NCBI GenBank assembly: GCA_051251855.1
Contig: JBPOGI010000001.1
Location: 1,600,001 to 1,664,000 of the forward strand
Length of the DNA: 64,000 nucleotides
Reading direction: 5' to 3'
Source: Roseibacillus sp.
GTDB lineage: Bacteria > Verrucomicrobiota > Verrucomicrobiia > Verrucomicrobiales > Akkermansiaceae
Shown here: positions 20,152-30,262 of the stretch, piece by piece
Position numbering within the stretch: the first letter of the stretch is position 1
Layout: the number at the start of each line of letters is the position of its first letter
Translations under genes and position numbers: made by a program
The notes under the pieces: generated by a model
What the model was told of the DNA's origin: nothing
Databases searched by the model: none
Seen by the model: only the letters and a program-made list of their open reading frames with translations

Positions 20152-20886
20152 ATGGAAGAAATTCGCCTCAACAAATTCATTGCCTCTTGCACCGAGCTTT
20201 CCCGTCGGGAAGCTGATCGCAAGATTCAAGAAGGCGAAGTCAGCGTCAACGGCTCCATCTGCGAGACCCCCGCCATCCGCGTCACCGACGACGACACCGT
20301 CCGACTCGGGCGCAAAGTCCTGACCCGACGCAGCATCCTCGTCGTCGCCTTCAACAAACCCCGCGGCGTGGTTTGCTCCAAAAGCGACGAGCGCAATCGC
20401 GAGACTATCTATCATCGGCTCCCCTACAAATATCACCACCTCAAGCATGTCGGCCGTCTCGACCTCGACTCCGAAGGCCTTCTCATCCTTACCAACGATG
20501 GCGACCTCGCCCAAAAGCTGACTCACCCTTCCAAAAAGCTGGAAAAGGAATACCAAGTCACCGTCGACCAAAACTACGAGCCCAAAGTCCTTCTTCAGCT
20601 CGTCAAAGGCGTCCACATCCCCGAAGTCGGCCAAGCGCGCGCCAAATACTGCAAGCGCGTCTCCTCCCGCCGCCTCACCATCGTTCTCGAATCCGGCCTC
20701 AAGCGCCAAATCCGTCTCATGCTCGAGACCCTCGGCCTGCGCGTCACCAAGCTCGTTCGAACCCGAGTCGGCTCCCTAACGATGGATAAACTTCCCGTCG
20801 GCGCCACCGAAGAACTGCGCAAAGAAGACATCGCGCACCTTCTCACCAACCCCACCCCGCCCAAGCCCAAGGAAGAGGCATCCTAG
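20152..20886 (+). CDS. rRNA pseudouridine synthase (RsuA/RluB/RluF family)
   Basis: S4 domain RLNKFIAS..SRREAD; NKPRG; catalytic VGRLDLDSEGLLILTNDG. Confidence 0.93.
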   Translation: MEEIRLNKFIASCTELSRREADRKIQEGEVSVNGSICETPAIRVTDDDTVRLGRKVLTRRSILVVAFNKPRGVVCSKSDERNRETIYHRLPYKYHHLKHVGRLDLDSEGLLILTNDGDLAQKLTHPSKKLEKEYQVTVDQNYEPKVLLQLVKGVHIPEVGQARAKYCKRVSSRRLTIVLESGLKRQIRLMLETLGLRVTKLVRTRVGSLTMDKLPVGATEELRKEDIAHLLTNPTPPKPKEEAS

Positions 20887-21026
20887 GCTTCAATCCCTCC
20901 ACCGGAAATCCGGTCGTCCTCAATCATCTTTTGAAACATGGCCCAGCCACGTTTTCATCCTTCCTTCGCAATTTTCAGCATTGTCTCATCGTGCTCTCTC
21001 CGCTTGCATAGTCGGCAACACTTTCC

Positions 21027-22985
21027 ATGAGCAAAAACATCGAGACTCACCTTCACGAAAAACGCATTTTCAAACCCAGCAAGGAGTTTTCAAAGCAGGC
21101 CCGCGTGTCCTCCATGGCAGAATACAAGCGCCTCTATCAAGAGTCCATCGACAAGCCCAACACCTTCTGGGCTCGCGAAGCGAAAGAACTCTCTTGGCAG
21201 AAGAAGTGGACCAAAGTTCTCAATTGGAAAGCCCCCTACGCGGAATGGTTTGTGGGCGGCAAGCTCAACGTCAGCGAAACCTGTCTCGACCAACACCTCA
21301 CCACTCATCGTCGCAACAAAGCCGCCATCATCTGGGAAGGCGAGCCCGGCGAAACTCGGACCCTAACCTACCTCCAACTCCATCGCGAAGTCTGCCTCTT
21401 CTCCAACGTCCTGCTCAACCAAGGCATCAAGTCCAAGGACCGCGTCATCATCTACATGCCCATGGTCCCCGAAGCAGCCATCGCCATGCTCGCCTGCGCA
21501 CGCATCGGAGCCGTTCATTCAGTCGTCTTCGGAGGCTTCTCGGCCGACTCCATTGCCGACCGCATCGAAGACTCCGGAGCCACTGCCGTCATCACCGCCG
21601 ATGGAGGTTACCGTCGCGGAAAAATCGTCCCTCTCAAAGCCAGTGTCGATGCCGCTCTTAAGAAGCAAAAAGGCATCAAGACCGTCATTGTCCACCAACG
21701 CACCGGTGAAGATGTCGCTATGAAAAAAGGACGCGACGTCTTCTGGCACGAGGAAGCCGCCAAAGCATCCCCCGAGCACCAAGCCAAAGCCTTCGACTCC
21801 GAGCACCCTCTCTTCATTCTCTACACCTCCGGCTCCACCGGTAAACCCAAAGGCATCCTGCACACCAGCGCAGGCTATCTCACCGGAGCCTACACCACCT
21901 GCAAATACATCTTCGACATGCGCGACGACGACGTCTACTGGTGCACCGCAGATGTCGGTTGGATCACTGGGCACACCTACATCGTCTACGGCCCCCTCGC
22001 AAACGGCGTCACCCAAGTGATGTATGAGGGCGCGCCCAACCATCCCGACTTCGGTCGCTTCTGGGACATGGTCGAGCGCCACAAAGTCTCCATCTTCTAC
22101 ACCGCTCCCACCGCCATCCGCGCCTTCATCAAGGCCGGCGACCACTTCCCCGAGAAACACGACCTCTCCTCCCTCCGTCTCCTCGGAACCGTCGGCGAAC
22201 CCATCAATCCGGAAGCTTGGATGTGGTATCACGAAAAGATCGGCGGCGAGCGCTGCCCCATCGTTGACACTTGGTGGCAAACCGAAACCGGAGCGATCAT
22301 GATTTCCCCTCTCCCCGGAGTCACCCCCACCGTCCCCGGAACCGCCACTCTACCTTTCTTCGGCATCGACGCCGCCATCCTCGATGAAAACGGCAACGAG
22401 TGCGCACCCAATGAAGGAGGCAAACTCGTCATTCGCAAGCCATGGCCTTCCATGACCCGCACCATCTACAAGGACAAGCCCCGCTACCGCAAAACCTATT
22501 GGGGTGACTACCCCGGCAAATACACCGCCGGCGACGGAGCCTTCCGCGACAAGAAAGGTAACTTCTGGATCGTCGGTCGCCTCGACGACGTTCTCAACGT
22601 CTCCGGCCATCGCCTCGGCACCGCCGAAGTCGAGTCCGCCCTCGTCGAACACAAAGCCGTCGCCGAAGCCGCGGTCGTTCCTCGTCCCCACGAAATCAAG
22701 GGCCAAGGCGTCGTCGCCTTCGTCACCTTAAAAGAAGGCGTCCTCGACAGCGCCAAGCTCAACCAAGAACTACGCTCTCACGTCGCCAACGCCATTGGAG
22801 CAATTGCCCGCCCCGACGAAATCCACTTCGCGCCCTCCCTTCCCAAAACCCGTTCCGGTAAAATCATGCGCCGCCTCCTTAAAGAGCTCGTCTCAACGGG
22901 AACCGTCTCTGGCAACATCACTACCTTAGAGGACGTCCAAGTCATTGAAACCTTGCAAAAAAGCATCGCCCAAGCCAAATCCTAA
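21027..22985 (+). CDS. acs: Acetyl-CoA synthetase
   Basis: [43 protein letters not shown]. Confidence 0.97.
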   Translation: MSKNIETHLHEKRIFKPSKEFSKQARVSSMAEYKRLYQESIDKPNTFWAREAKELSWQKKWTKVLNWKAPYAEWFVGGKLNVSETCLDQHLTTHRRNKAAIIWEGEPGETRTLTYLQLHREVCLFSNVLLNQGIKSKDRVIIYMPMVPEAAIAMLACARIGAVHSVVFGGFSADSIADRIEDSGATAVITADGGYRRGKIVPLKASVDAALKKQKGIKTVIVHQRTGEDVAMKKGRDVFWHEEAAKASPEHQAKAFDSEHPLFILYTSGSTGKPKGILHTSAGYLTGAYTTCKYIFDMRDDDVYWCTADVGWITGHTYIVYGPLANGVTQVMYEGAPNHPDFGRFWDMVERHKVSIFYTAPTAIRAFIKAGDHFPEKHDLSSLRLLGTVGEPINPEAWMWYHEKIGGERCPIVDTWWQTETGAIMISPLPGVTPTVPGTATLPFFGIDAAILDENGNECAPNEGGKLVIRKPWPSMTRTIYKDKPRYRKTYWGDYPGKYTAGDGAFRDKKGNFWIVGRLDDVLNVSGHRLGTAEVESALVEHKAVAEAAVVPRPHEIKGQGVVAFVTLKEGVLDSAKLNQELRSHVANAIGAIARPDEIHFAPSLPKTRSGKIMRRLLKELVSTGTVSGNITTLEDVQVIETLQKSIAQAKS

Positions 22986-22988
22986 TCA

Positions 22989-23858
22989 ATGACCCGCTCA
23001 GCCTACATCGTCGCAAGAGTGTTCTCGACCTTCGGACTTGCTCCTCTCGAGAAATTTCGTACTGCGGCTGCTTTTGAAGCCCACCTTCTGCGAGATGCCG
23101 AAACCATCATGGGCGAGTTAGCTTGGGACAGCCTCGAAGAGATGGAAGAGGTTTCCTCCGAATATTGGCAACTTCGTAAGATCACCAAAGCACGCGACGA
23201 ACTCGAGGTGAAGATTTCAGCTCTCAACGAAGAACTGGAAGAAGCACAGGAAGCTCGCGTCAGAGCCCTCGAAGAAGTCGCCGAAGTCACCAAGGATAAA
23301 GTTGATGCTCGCGACAAAGCTGCAGAAAAAATCGACCGACTGCATCAGGAACGAGACGATATTCAGCGCGATGGTCGGACCATTAAAAGAGTTCACTCCG
23401 GACTCAAAACAAAGCTCGAAGTCCTCCTGGAAGAATTTGATAACGAAGAGAGTCCCGACATCTCCAAGACTCGCGAAGAGCTAAAATTAAAACGCCTTCA
23501 GTTTGAAAAAATCAAAGAGAGGCACCGCACGATCGACAAACGTATCGCAGAGCTTCAAGAAGAACTCTCAGAACTCAACCAAGTGATTGAGAAAGAAAAC
23601 GATACCATTCGAGAAAAAGCCGAAAAGCAATTCAGCACGATTGGAAAGACAAACAAGGAGCTCACTGACCTTGGAAATAAAGTAGGAGTCATAGATGTAG
23701 AACGATCGGCACTTTTCGCCGAAGTTGGTCGCCACGTCCTTCAAAACTCAAAGGATCCAACGATTCGCAAAGCTGCACAGAAGCAACGAGGACTTTTGTC
23801 TCTCATCGATGAGATTCGCGCTTCATCCAATCGTCACCGACGCCTTATTGGCAACTAA
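22989..23858 (+). CDS. Hypothetical long coiled-coil protein
   Basis: 289-aa E/K/L-rich ORF starting 3 nt after acs. Confidence 0.75.
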   Translation: MTRSAYIVARVFSTFGLAPLEKFRTAAAFEAHLLRDAETIMGELAWDSLEEMEEVSSEYWQLRKITKARDELEVKISALNEELEEAQEARVRALEEVAEVTKDKVDARDKAAEKIDRLHQERDDIQRDGRTIKRVHSGLKTKLEVLLEEFDNEESPDISKTREELKLKRLQFEKIKERHRTIDKRIAELQEELSELNQVIEKENDTIREKAEKQFSTIGKTNKELTDLGNKVGVIDVERSALFAEVGRHVLQNSKDPTIRKAAQKQRGLLSLIDEIRASSNRHRRLIGN

Positions 23859-23911
23859 AAGTGCTTTGGTCTCCCTCCACCCCTTCCTCGAAAGCTTCGC
23901 GGACCAAACCG

Positions 23912-23961
23912 TAAGTGTAATAAACACACCTTTCCCTTGTTAAGTGCCAATAGAACACTAA
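23912..23961 (+). promoter_or_regulatory. Two tandem NrtR operators
   Basis: TAAGTGT-AATAAAC-ACAC (23912-23929) and TAAGTGC-CAATAGA-ACACTAA (23941-23961) fit the NrtR GT-N7-AC palindrome. Confidence 0.8.
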
Positions 23962-23970
23962 GGTGGGGTC

Positions 23971-24657
23971 ATGCCCACATACGAATACGCTCGCCCCGCC
24001 CTCACCACCGACTGCGTCGTCTTCGGCCTCGATGACGAGGATCTCAAAGTCCTCCTCATCAAACGTGGCCTCGCTCCCTTCAAGGGAAAGTGGGCTCTCC
24101 CTGGCGGATTCGTCCGAGTTGGCGAAGACCTCGAAGCCAGCGCCCGACGCGAACTCCAAGAAGAAACCGGCCTCAAGAAAGTCTTCCTCGAACAACTCTA
24201 CAGCTTCGGCCACCCCAAACGCGACCCGCGCGAGCACATCATCACCGTCTCCTACTACGCCCTCGTCAATCTCAACGAGCATCCCCCCACCGCCGACACC
24301 GATGCCGATGAGGCCGCTTGGTTCCCCTTCGACGACCTTCCCAAACTCGCCTTCGACCACAGCGAAATCCTAGCCACCGCCCAAGAACGCATCCGCTCCA
24401 AGCTCCGGCACACCCCTATCGGATTCGAACTCCTCCCTCGCAAGTTCACCCTCACCCAGCTGCAAAGTCTCTACGAACGCATCCTTGGAAAACCCCTCGA
24501 TAAACGCAACTTCCGCAAAAAACTCCTCAAGCTCGAAATCCTCGAAGAAACCGACGAAATCGAACAAGACGTCGCTCACCGTGCCGCCCGACTCTACCGC
24601 TTCGACCGCAATGCATACGAGAAAAAGACCAAGGCTGGCCTCAATCTAGAAATCTAA
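23971..24657 (+). CDS. nrtR: NrtR family regulator (NUDIX + wHTH)
   Basis: [53 protein letters not shown]. Confidence 0.92.
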   Translation: MPTYEYARPALTTDCVVFGLDDEDLKVLLIKRGLAPFKGKWALPGGFVRVGEDLEASARRELQEETGLKKVFLEQLYSFGHPKRDPREHIITVSYYALVNLNEHPPTADTDADEAAWFPFDDLPKLAFDHSEILATAQERIRSKLRHTPIGFELLPRKFTLTQLQSLYERILGKPLDKRNFRKKLLKLEILEETDEIEQDVAHRAARLYRFDRNAYEKKTKAGLNLEI

Positions 24658-24666
24658 CAACCACTC

Positions 24667-25287
24667 ATGAAAGCTCTCCTCATAGTAGACCTTCAAAACG
24701 ACTTCCTCCCCGGCGGAGCCCTCGGCGTCAACGGTGGCGACGAACTCGTTCCTCATATCAACGAACTTCTCCCCCACTACGACCTCGTTGTCGCCACCCA
24801 GGACTGGCACCCCGCCGACCACGGCAGTTTTGCCAGTAATCATCCCGGCAAGGAAATCGGCGACACCATCAAACTCGCCGGCCTTCCCCAAATCCTCTGG
24901 CCCACCCACTGCGTGCAAGGAACCACCGGAGCCAACTTCGCCCCCGGACTCGACACTGGCCGAATCGACACCGTCTTTCGCAAAGGCATCGACCCCGCCA
25001 TCGACAGCTACAGCGGCTTTTACGACAATGGCCATCGCAACAGCACTGGGCTCGCCGACTACCTCCGCGACAAAGGAGTCTCCAACCTCCACGTCTGCGG
25101 CATCGCCACCGACTACTGCGTCAAATTCACCGTCCTCGACGCCCTCAAAGAAAATTTTCCCACCACCCTTCTCACCGACGCCTGCCGCGGAGTCGACCTC
25201 ACCCTTGGCGACATTGAGCGAGCCCTTCAGGAGATGAAAGCCGCAGGAGCAGAAACCCATGAAGAGGCGGCCTTTACTGCAGCCTAA
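24667..25287 (+). CDS. pncA: Nicotinamidase/pyrazinamidase
   Basis: VDLQNDFLPGGAL, QDWHP, WPTHCVQGT, DSYSGF, GIATDYCV. Confidence 0.95.
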   Translation: MKALLIVDLQNDFLPGGALGVNGGDELVPHINELLPHYDLVVATQDWHPADHGSFASNHPGKEIGDTIKLAGLPQILWPTHCVQGTTGANFAPGLDTGRIDTVFRKGIDPAIDSYSGFYDNGHRNSTGLADYLRDKGVSNLHVCGIATDYCVKFTVLDALKENFPTTLLTDACRGVDLTLGDIERALQEMKAAGAETHEEAAFTAA

Positions 25288-25334
25288 ACTACAAAATCGG
25301 TGGCAAACCTACTCAAACCCGCTATCTTTCCCTC

Positions 25335-25715
25335 ATGATTACTCTTTCTCCCAAGGCGGCCATCGCCCTCAAGGACCTCCTAGCCAAGAAGGAGGCTCCC
25401 CCTTCCGCAGGCCTGCGTCTCGCCATTGAGCGTGGAGGCTGCGCAGGCCTCGCCTATACCATGCGTGTTTCTGAGCCTCAAGAAGGAGACACCATCGTCG
25501 AACTCGATGGCGCTCGAGTCCTCGTCGCCGCCGACTCCATGGAAAACCTCTCAGGCTCGGTGCTCGACTACTCCGACAGCCTCTCCGACGCCGGATTCAA
25601 GATCACCAACCCCAATGCCGCTCGCTCCTGTGGTTGCGGCACCTCCTTCGAACCTGCCGAAGAAGGCAAAAAACCTGAATACGACCCCGCCCTCGACGGC
25701 ACCGCCTGCCGTTAA
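25335..25715 (+). CDS. A-type Fe-S cluster carrier (IscA/ErpA/HesB family)
   Basis: GGCAGLAY and NPNAARSCGCGTSF. Confidence 0.93.
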   Translation: MITLSPKAAIALKDLLAKKEAPPSAGLRLAIERGGCAGLAYTMRVSEPQEGDTIVELDGARVLVAADSMENLSGSVLDYSDSLSDAGFKITNPNAARSCGCGTSFEPAEEGKKPEYDPALDGTACR

Positions 25716-25716
25716 T

Positions 25717-25808
25717 TGGGAGCGCCGGTTTTCAACCGGCCCCAGCGGTTGATGGCCACTATCCGGAGGAGTCGAACCGACGGAGCCGGTCGAAGACCAG
25801 CGCTCCCA
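25717..25808. repeat. Inverted REP pair (REPIN-like) between convergent genes
   Basis: TGGGAGCGCCGGTTTTCAACCGGC (25717-25740) vs reverse complement of 25785-25808, 21/24 identical. Confidence 0.8.
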
Positions 25809-25816
25809 GTGGCTCA

Positions 25817-26380
25817 CTAGCTCTTCAAAAAGTTCGCCAACAGATTCTTCCCCTCCGCCGTCAAAATCGACTCCGGATGAAACTGCACCCCATGAATCTC
25901 GTGCTCCTTATGCTTGAGCCCCATGATTTCTCCCTCTTCGGTCCAAGCAGTCACCTCCAAGCACTCAGGCAAAGTATCCTTCTTCACAATCAGTGAATGA
26001 TATCTTGTCGCCACAAAAGGCTGAGGAAGACCTTTGAAGACACTCGCCCCCTCATGCTGCATCATGGAAGTCTTTCCATGCATCAAACGGTCCGCTCTCA
26101 CCACATCCCCACCGAAGGCCTGCGCAATTGATTGGTGTCCGAGACAGACTCCCAGAATCGGCACTTTGCCACCAAACCTCTTCACAACCTCAACACTGAC
26201 CCCCGCTTCATTCGGGCTACAGGGGCCAGGCGAAATCACGATCTTATCAGGCTTGAGCGCCTCGATTTCATCAATCGTCAATTCGTCATTACGAATCACT
26301 TTCATGTCTGCACCTAACTCCCCAAAGTATTGCACTAGATTGTAGGTAAAAGAATCGTAGTTATCGATAACAAGCAGCAT
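25817..26380 (-). CDS. trpG: Anthranilate synthase component II (glutamine amidotransferase)
   Basis: [33 protein letters not shown]; directly after trpE. Confidence 0.9.
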   Translation of the reverse strand: MLLVIDNYDSFTYNLVQYFGELGADMKVIRNDELTIDEIEALKPDKIVISPGPCSPNEAGVSVEVVKRFGGKVPILGVCLGHQSIAQAFGGDVVRADRLMHGKTSMMQHEGASVFKGLPQPFVATRYHSLIVKKDTLPECLEVTAWTEEGEIMGLKHKEHEIHGVQFHPESILTAEGKNLLANFLKS

Positions 26381-26382
26381 GA

Positions 26383-27915
26383 CTAAGAAGTAGTTTCAGG
26401 TTTTAAAAGGGTTTTCGCTAGACCAATGGCGCGCATCATTCCTGCCGCCTTGTTAGCCGTTTCTTCAAACTCAGAGGCCGGCACACTATCAGCAACCACC
26501 CCCGCGCCCGCCTGCACATAAGCTTTCCCGTCTTTCAACAGGACCGTGCGCAGCGCAATACAGGAGTCGTGACTCCCATCCCAACCAAAGTAACCCACCG
26601 CCCCCGAGTAAGCTCCACGCTTCGTCGTTTCAAGCTCATTGATAATTTGCATAGCCCGAATCTTAGGCGCGCCACTTACCGTTCCCGCTGGGAAAGTCGA
26701 CCGCAAAACATCGTAACTACTATGAGTATCGTCGAGTCTTCCGCTCACATTAGAAACTATGTGCATCACGTGGCTGTAGCGCTCCACAATCATGAAGTCA
26801 TCCACCGAAACACTGCCATGCTGTGAGATACGCCCGACATCGTTGCGCGCCAAGTCCACCAACATGAGATGCTCCGCGCACTCCTTCTTGTCAGCCAACA
26901 AGTCCGCCGCCAAAGCATCATCTTCCGCCTCCGTCTTCCCCCTCCAACGCGTTCCCGCAATAGGACGAATATCAATCCGCCCCTCAATAGCGCGCACATG
27001 AACCTCCGGTGAACTGCCCACCAGAGAAAAACCATCTAACTCGAGGATAAACAAATACGGGGAAGGATTTACATGCCGCAAAGCCCGATAGAGGTCCGTC
27101 GCACCACCCTCAAAGTCTGTCTCGAATCGCTGACTCGGCACGATTTGAAAAGCATCTCCGGCTCCAATGTATTCCTGAGCTTTGCGCACATTATCCTCAT
27201 AGCGCTCGCGGGTGACATTGCTCTTCGTCACCGGCGTCTCATAATCCACCAATCCGTTCAACGCGGGAACCTGCAGCGGCCGTTCCAGCATCTCCTCCAA
27301 CGCCGCAATTCTCCCACGCGCATCAGCCCATGCATCTTCGGGAGTGTCGTGCTCGTCCAAAAAGGCATTCGCCACCACCAAAAGGCGTCTCAGCTTGTGG
27401 TCAAAGATGAGAACCTCCCCCGAAATCATAAACAATGACTCCGGCAAGCCCAAATCATCCTCAGGCGTCGTCTTGATGCTCGGCTCAAAGGTCCTGACCG
27501 CATCATATCCCAAATAGCCCACTGCTCCGCCGAAAAACGGCGGCGCGTCTCCATGCTCCACCACCTTGTAGCGGCCCATCACCTTTTCCAGCTCAGCCAA
27601 AGGATCGCCCTCCAACTGCTCTGTCTCTTTACCATCCCAAGCCACCGAACACTTCGTGCCATCGGAACGAAAGACTCCCCGCGGACTTGTGCCCACCAAC
27701 GACCAACGTCCGCTGGCATCCGTGCTTTCCGCGCTCTCTAGGAGAAATCCCCACTGACCATCACGAATCTTCAAGTAGGCCGATAACGGGGTCTCAAAGT
27801 CTGCCGCCAACTGGGCATAGACCGGCACCACGTTTCCCTGCTTTGCCAACTCGCAAAACTCTTCTATTTTCGGTTGAACCGCCACCTCTCGCACGTGCGA
27901 AACCCTAGCGACCAT
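26383..27915 (-). CDS. trpE: Anthranilate synthase component I
   Basis: [46 protein letters not shown] 27885 is a possible alternative start. Confidence 0.93.
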   Translation of the reverse strand: MVARVSHVREVAVQPKIEEFCELAKQGNVVPVYAQLAADFETPLSAYLKIRDGQWGFLLESAESTDASGRWSLVGTSPRGVFRSDGTKCSVAWDGKETEQLEGDPLAELEKVMGRYKVVEHGDAPPFFGGAVGYLGYDAVRTFEPSIKTTPEDDLGLPESLFMISGEVLIFDHKLRRLLVVANAFLDEHDTPEDAWADARGRIAALEEMLERPLQVPALNGLVDYETPVTKSNVTRERYEDNVRKAQEYIGAGDAFQIVPSQRFETDFEGGATDLYRALRHVNPSPYLFILELDGFSLVGSSPEVHVRAIEGRIDIRPIAGTRWRGKTEAEDDALAADLLADKKECAEHLMLVDLARNDVGRISQHGSVSVDDFMIVERYSHVMHIVSNVSGRLDDTHSSYDVLRSTFPAGTVSGAPKIRAMQIINELETTKRGAYSGAVGYFGWDGSHDSCIALRTVLLKDGKAYVQAGAGVVADSVPASEFEETANKAAGMMRAIGLAKTLLKPETTS

Positions 27916-28034
27916 TTCGCGAAGTCCAATCCTTGATTTTTAGGGCGACAGAACTTTTTTTGCTCAATTACGCGACCTTTTCTTGCCCTAAGCACAAAGT
28001 TTCTCCATCTTCGCCGCTCGACGCTGAAATCCCC

Positions 28035-28122
28035 GGAGGGGTGGCAGAGTGGTCGAATGCACTGGTCTTGAAAACCAGCGTAGGGAAACCTACCGTGGGT
28101 TCGAATCCCACCCCCTCCGCCA
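28035..28122 (+). tRNA. tRNA-Ser(TGA)
   Basis: GGAGGGGTGGCAGAGTGGTCGAATGCACTGGTCTTGAAAACCAGCGTAGGGAAACCTACCGTGGGTTCGAATCCCACCCCCTCCGCCA; 88 nt, long variable arm. Confidence 0.97.
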
Positions 28123-28284
28123 GCTTCCTTTTTTCCCCGCAATCAGGAGCCTCCGATAACGGTTCCCAGTTGCCGTTCTCTTTCCAAGCTCAACAACAGC
28201 ATCCCTCGTCTTTTCGCGGAAAATCACTGTTTCCAAACTGAGAAATCCAGCTTTCATTCCAAGATGGGCTAGTTCACGGAAAAC

Positions 28285-28333
28285 TTTAAAGTGGCCATAA
28301 GTCTGTTTTCTGGGCACTTATGGCCACTTATAG
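28285..28333. repeat. Left palindromic end of the ATPase cassette
   Basis: AAGTGGCCATAAGT-CTGTTTTCTGGGC-ACTTATGGCCACTT (perfect 14-bp arms, 28289-28329); the 49-bp unit ends 3 nt before the ATG. Confidence 0.9.
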
Positions 28334-28336
28334 AAA

Positions 28337-29761
28337 ATGAAACTGACGGGTCGGGAACAGGAAATCAAGAAGCTCAACCTGCTGCTGAAGAGCAAGGAAG
28401 CTGAATTCCTAGCCCTTTATGGACGACGACGGATCGGTAAGACTTTTCTCATTGAGCAACACTTCAAGAAAGAGCTTTGCTTCCAATTGAACGGCCAGAA
28501 GGACGGCACTCTGAAGGAACAGCTCGGAAATTTTCATAGCACGCTCAGTGACCGGAGTCGGAAGAAGCGGAACTGCCCGGGGTCTTGGCAGGAAGCCTTT
28601 CAGCAACTCACCGCCCACCTCAAAACACTGCGGGGAAAGGGCAAGTATGTCGTCTTCCTCGATGAGTTGCCCTGGTTGGCGAGCCCACGTTCGCGCTTCC
28701 TGCAGGCTCTCGATTACTTTTGGAACAGCTTTCTCAGCAAAGACCCGCGCTTCATTCTCGTCATCTGCGGTTCGGCCGCCTCGTGGATGATTGCCAAGGT
28801 CATTGATCACAAAGGCGGTCTTCACAATCGAGTGACCGCTCGCATCAAACTCAATCCCTTCACCCTGGCGGAAAGTGCTCAATTTCTGCGTTCACGCGGG
28901 GTCAAACTCACTCCCTACGATCAGCTCACACTGGCGATGGTGATGGGCGGAGTCCCCCACTATCTCAAGGAAGTCCAAGCCGGCCAATCGGCCGTGCAGG
29001 CTATTGATGCCAGCTGCTTTCATCCTTCCGGCCTTCTCCACGACGAGTTCAATCGCCTCTACACCTCCCTCTTTGATAGCTCGGACCGTCATGTCGAACT
29101 GGTGCGTGAACTGGCGAAGCATCCGCAAGGATTGACCCGCAAGGACCTCACCAGCGCCTACAAGTCAGGCGGGCGACTGACGCACACTCTCACCGAACTC
29201 GAAGAGGCAGGTTTCATCAGCATTCAGAATCCTTTTGAGAAAACCAACCGCGACGCCCTCTACCGCTTGGCCGACGAGTTCTCCCTCTTCTTTCTCAAGT
29301 GGATGGATGGAAAGCGAAGCACTGGGAGCTTTGCCAAAAAATTCAAAACACCTGCTTGGCATGCCTGGAGTGGTTACGCTCTTGAGTCCATCGCCCACAA
29401 GCACATCGCACATATCAAGACCGAGATCGGAATCGCGCAAATCGAGACCGAACATTGTTGCTGGGTTCATCGTGCTAACAAGACTTGGCCGCAAGGAGCA
29501 CAAGTGGATCTCCTCATCGACCGCGCGGATCGCAGCATCAACTTAGTCGAAATCAAATTCTCGCAAGGCCCCTTCACCATCAAGAAGAGCTATGCCGCCG
29601 AGCTCCGTCGCAAAGTGCAGGTCTTCCGCGAAGTGACCGGCACTCCCAAAAACGTCTTCCTGACCTTCCTCACCACCAACGGGCTCACCGAAAACGCGTA
29701 CGCGAGCGAGCTGGTAGACACCGCCATCACCACTGAATCACTCTTCAAGGAAATCCTATAA
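28337..29761 (+). CDS. AAA ATPase (ATPase_2-like) with wHTH and C-terminal PD-(D/E)XK-like domain
   Basis: Walker A YGRRRIGKT, Walker B VVFLDE, ICGS, GGVPHYL, LTELEEAGFI, QVDLLIDRAD..LVEIKF. Confidence 0.88.
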   Translation: MKLTGREQEIKKLNLLLKSKEAEFLALYGRRRIGKTFLIEQHFKKELCFQLNGQKDGTLKEQLGNFHSTLSDRSRKKRNCPGSWQEAFQQLTAHLKTLRGKGKYVVFLDELPWLASPRSRFLQALDYFWNSFLSKDPRFILVICGSAASWMIAKVIDHKGGLHNRVTARIKLNPFTLAESAQFLRSRGVKLTPYDQLTLAMVMGGVPHYLKEVQAGQSAVQAIDASCFHPSGLLHDEFNRLYTSLFDSSDRHVELVRELAKHPQGLTRKDLTSAYKSGGRLTHTLTELEEAGFISIQNPFEKTNRDALYRLADEFSLFFLKWMDGKRSTGSFAKKFKTPAWHAWSGYALESIAHKHIAHIKTEIGIAQIETEHCCWVHRANKTWPQGAQVDLLIDRADRSINLVEIKFSQGPFTIKKSYAAELRRKVQVFREVTGTPKNVFLTFLTTNGLTENAYASELVDTAITTESLFKEIL

Positions 29762-29804
29762 GTGGCCATAAGTCCTCAAAAAACAGACTTATGGCCACTT
29801 ATAG
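29756..29804. repeat. Right palindromic end of the ATPase cassette
   Basis: CTATAAGTGGCCATAAGTC-CTCAAAAAACA-GACTTATGGCCACTTATAG (perfect 19-bp arms); contains the stop codon TAA 29759-29761. Confidence 0.9.
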
Positions 29805-30034
29805 CGAAAACCCTTCTCCGGATTTTTAGGAACAGAGTCCTTCAATCGCCTCAGACTCACCCTGAATTCAGGCTGAAAAAACAAGGATGAGAGAGACCGC
29901 GAAAACAGCGAAATGAGCGAAAAAGAATCAGGCCGAAATTGGACTTCGTTCTTTGAGCAAGTTTCGCCCCTCCCCCGCGCTCCAAACGATTCCTCTCTGT
30001 CTCGTTGTCGTCGGACTTCTTTTCCTCACATCCT

Positions 30035-30118
30035 CCAGACGGAGCGCGGATCTTTAGTCCGCCCCACTGCCATGATGACGGATCGTTGGGGCAGGCTAAA
30101 GACCCGCGTTCCATCAGG
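30035..30118. repeat. Inverted REP pair (REPIN-like)
   Basis: CCAGACGGAGCGCGGATCTTTAGTCCGCCCC and GGGGCAGGCTAAAGACCCGCGTTCCATCAGG form an imperfect inverted repeat. Confidence 0.75.
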
Positions 30119-30262
30119 TCGACCTAGACTGTAGCCATAGTGGTAAGGCATGAGCCTCAAGATTTGGTCTCGAGCGCTTTCATCTCTTCCAAACTGATCC
30201 GGCGATCACTCACCTTCTTTTTCGTAAATCTTCTAGGAGTACCATCAGGGCGATGACTTACG

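Larger units (their letters stand above)
28285..29804. mobile_element. Candidate IS-like cassette: ATPase-nuclease gene bounded by inverted 49-bp palindromes
   Basis: Ends 43/49 identical in inverted orientation; abutting direct repeat GGAAAAC (28278-28284) / CGAAAAC (29805-29811). No transposase, so mobility is inferred. Confidence 0.4.

Noticed and set aside
28285..29804. CRISPR repeats or plain terminators as the explanation for the palindromes
   Set aside because: Only two copies, inverted, 1.4 kb apart, with no cas genes; one copy is upstream of the ATG and neither has a U-tract after the stem.
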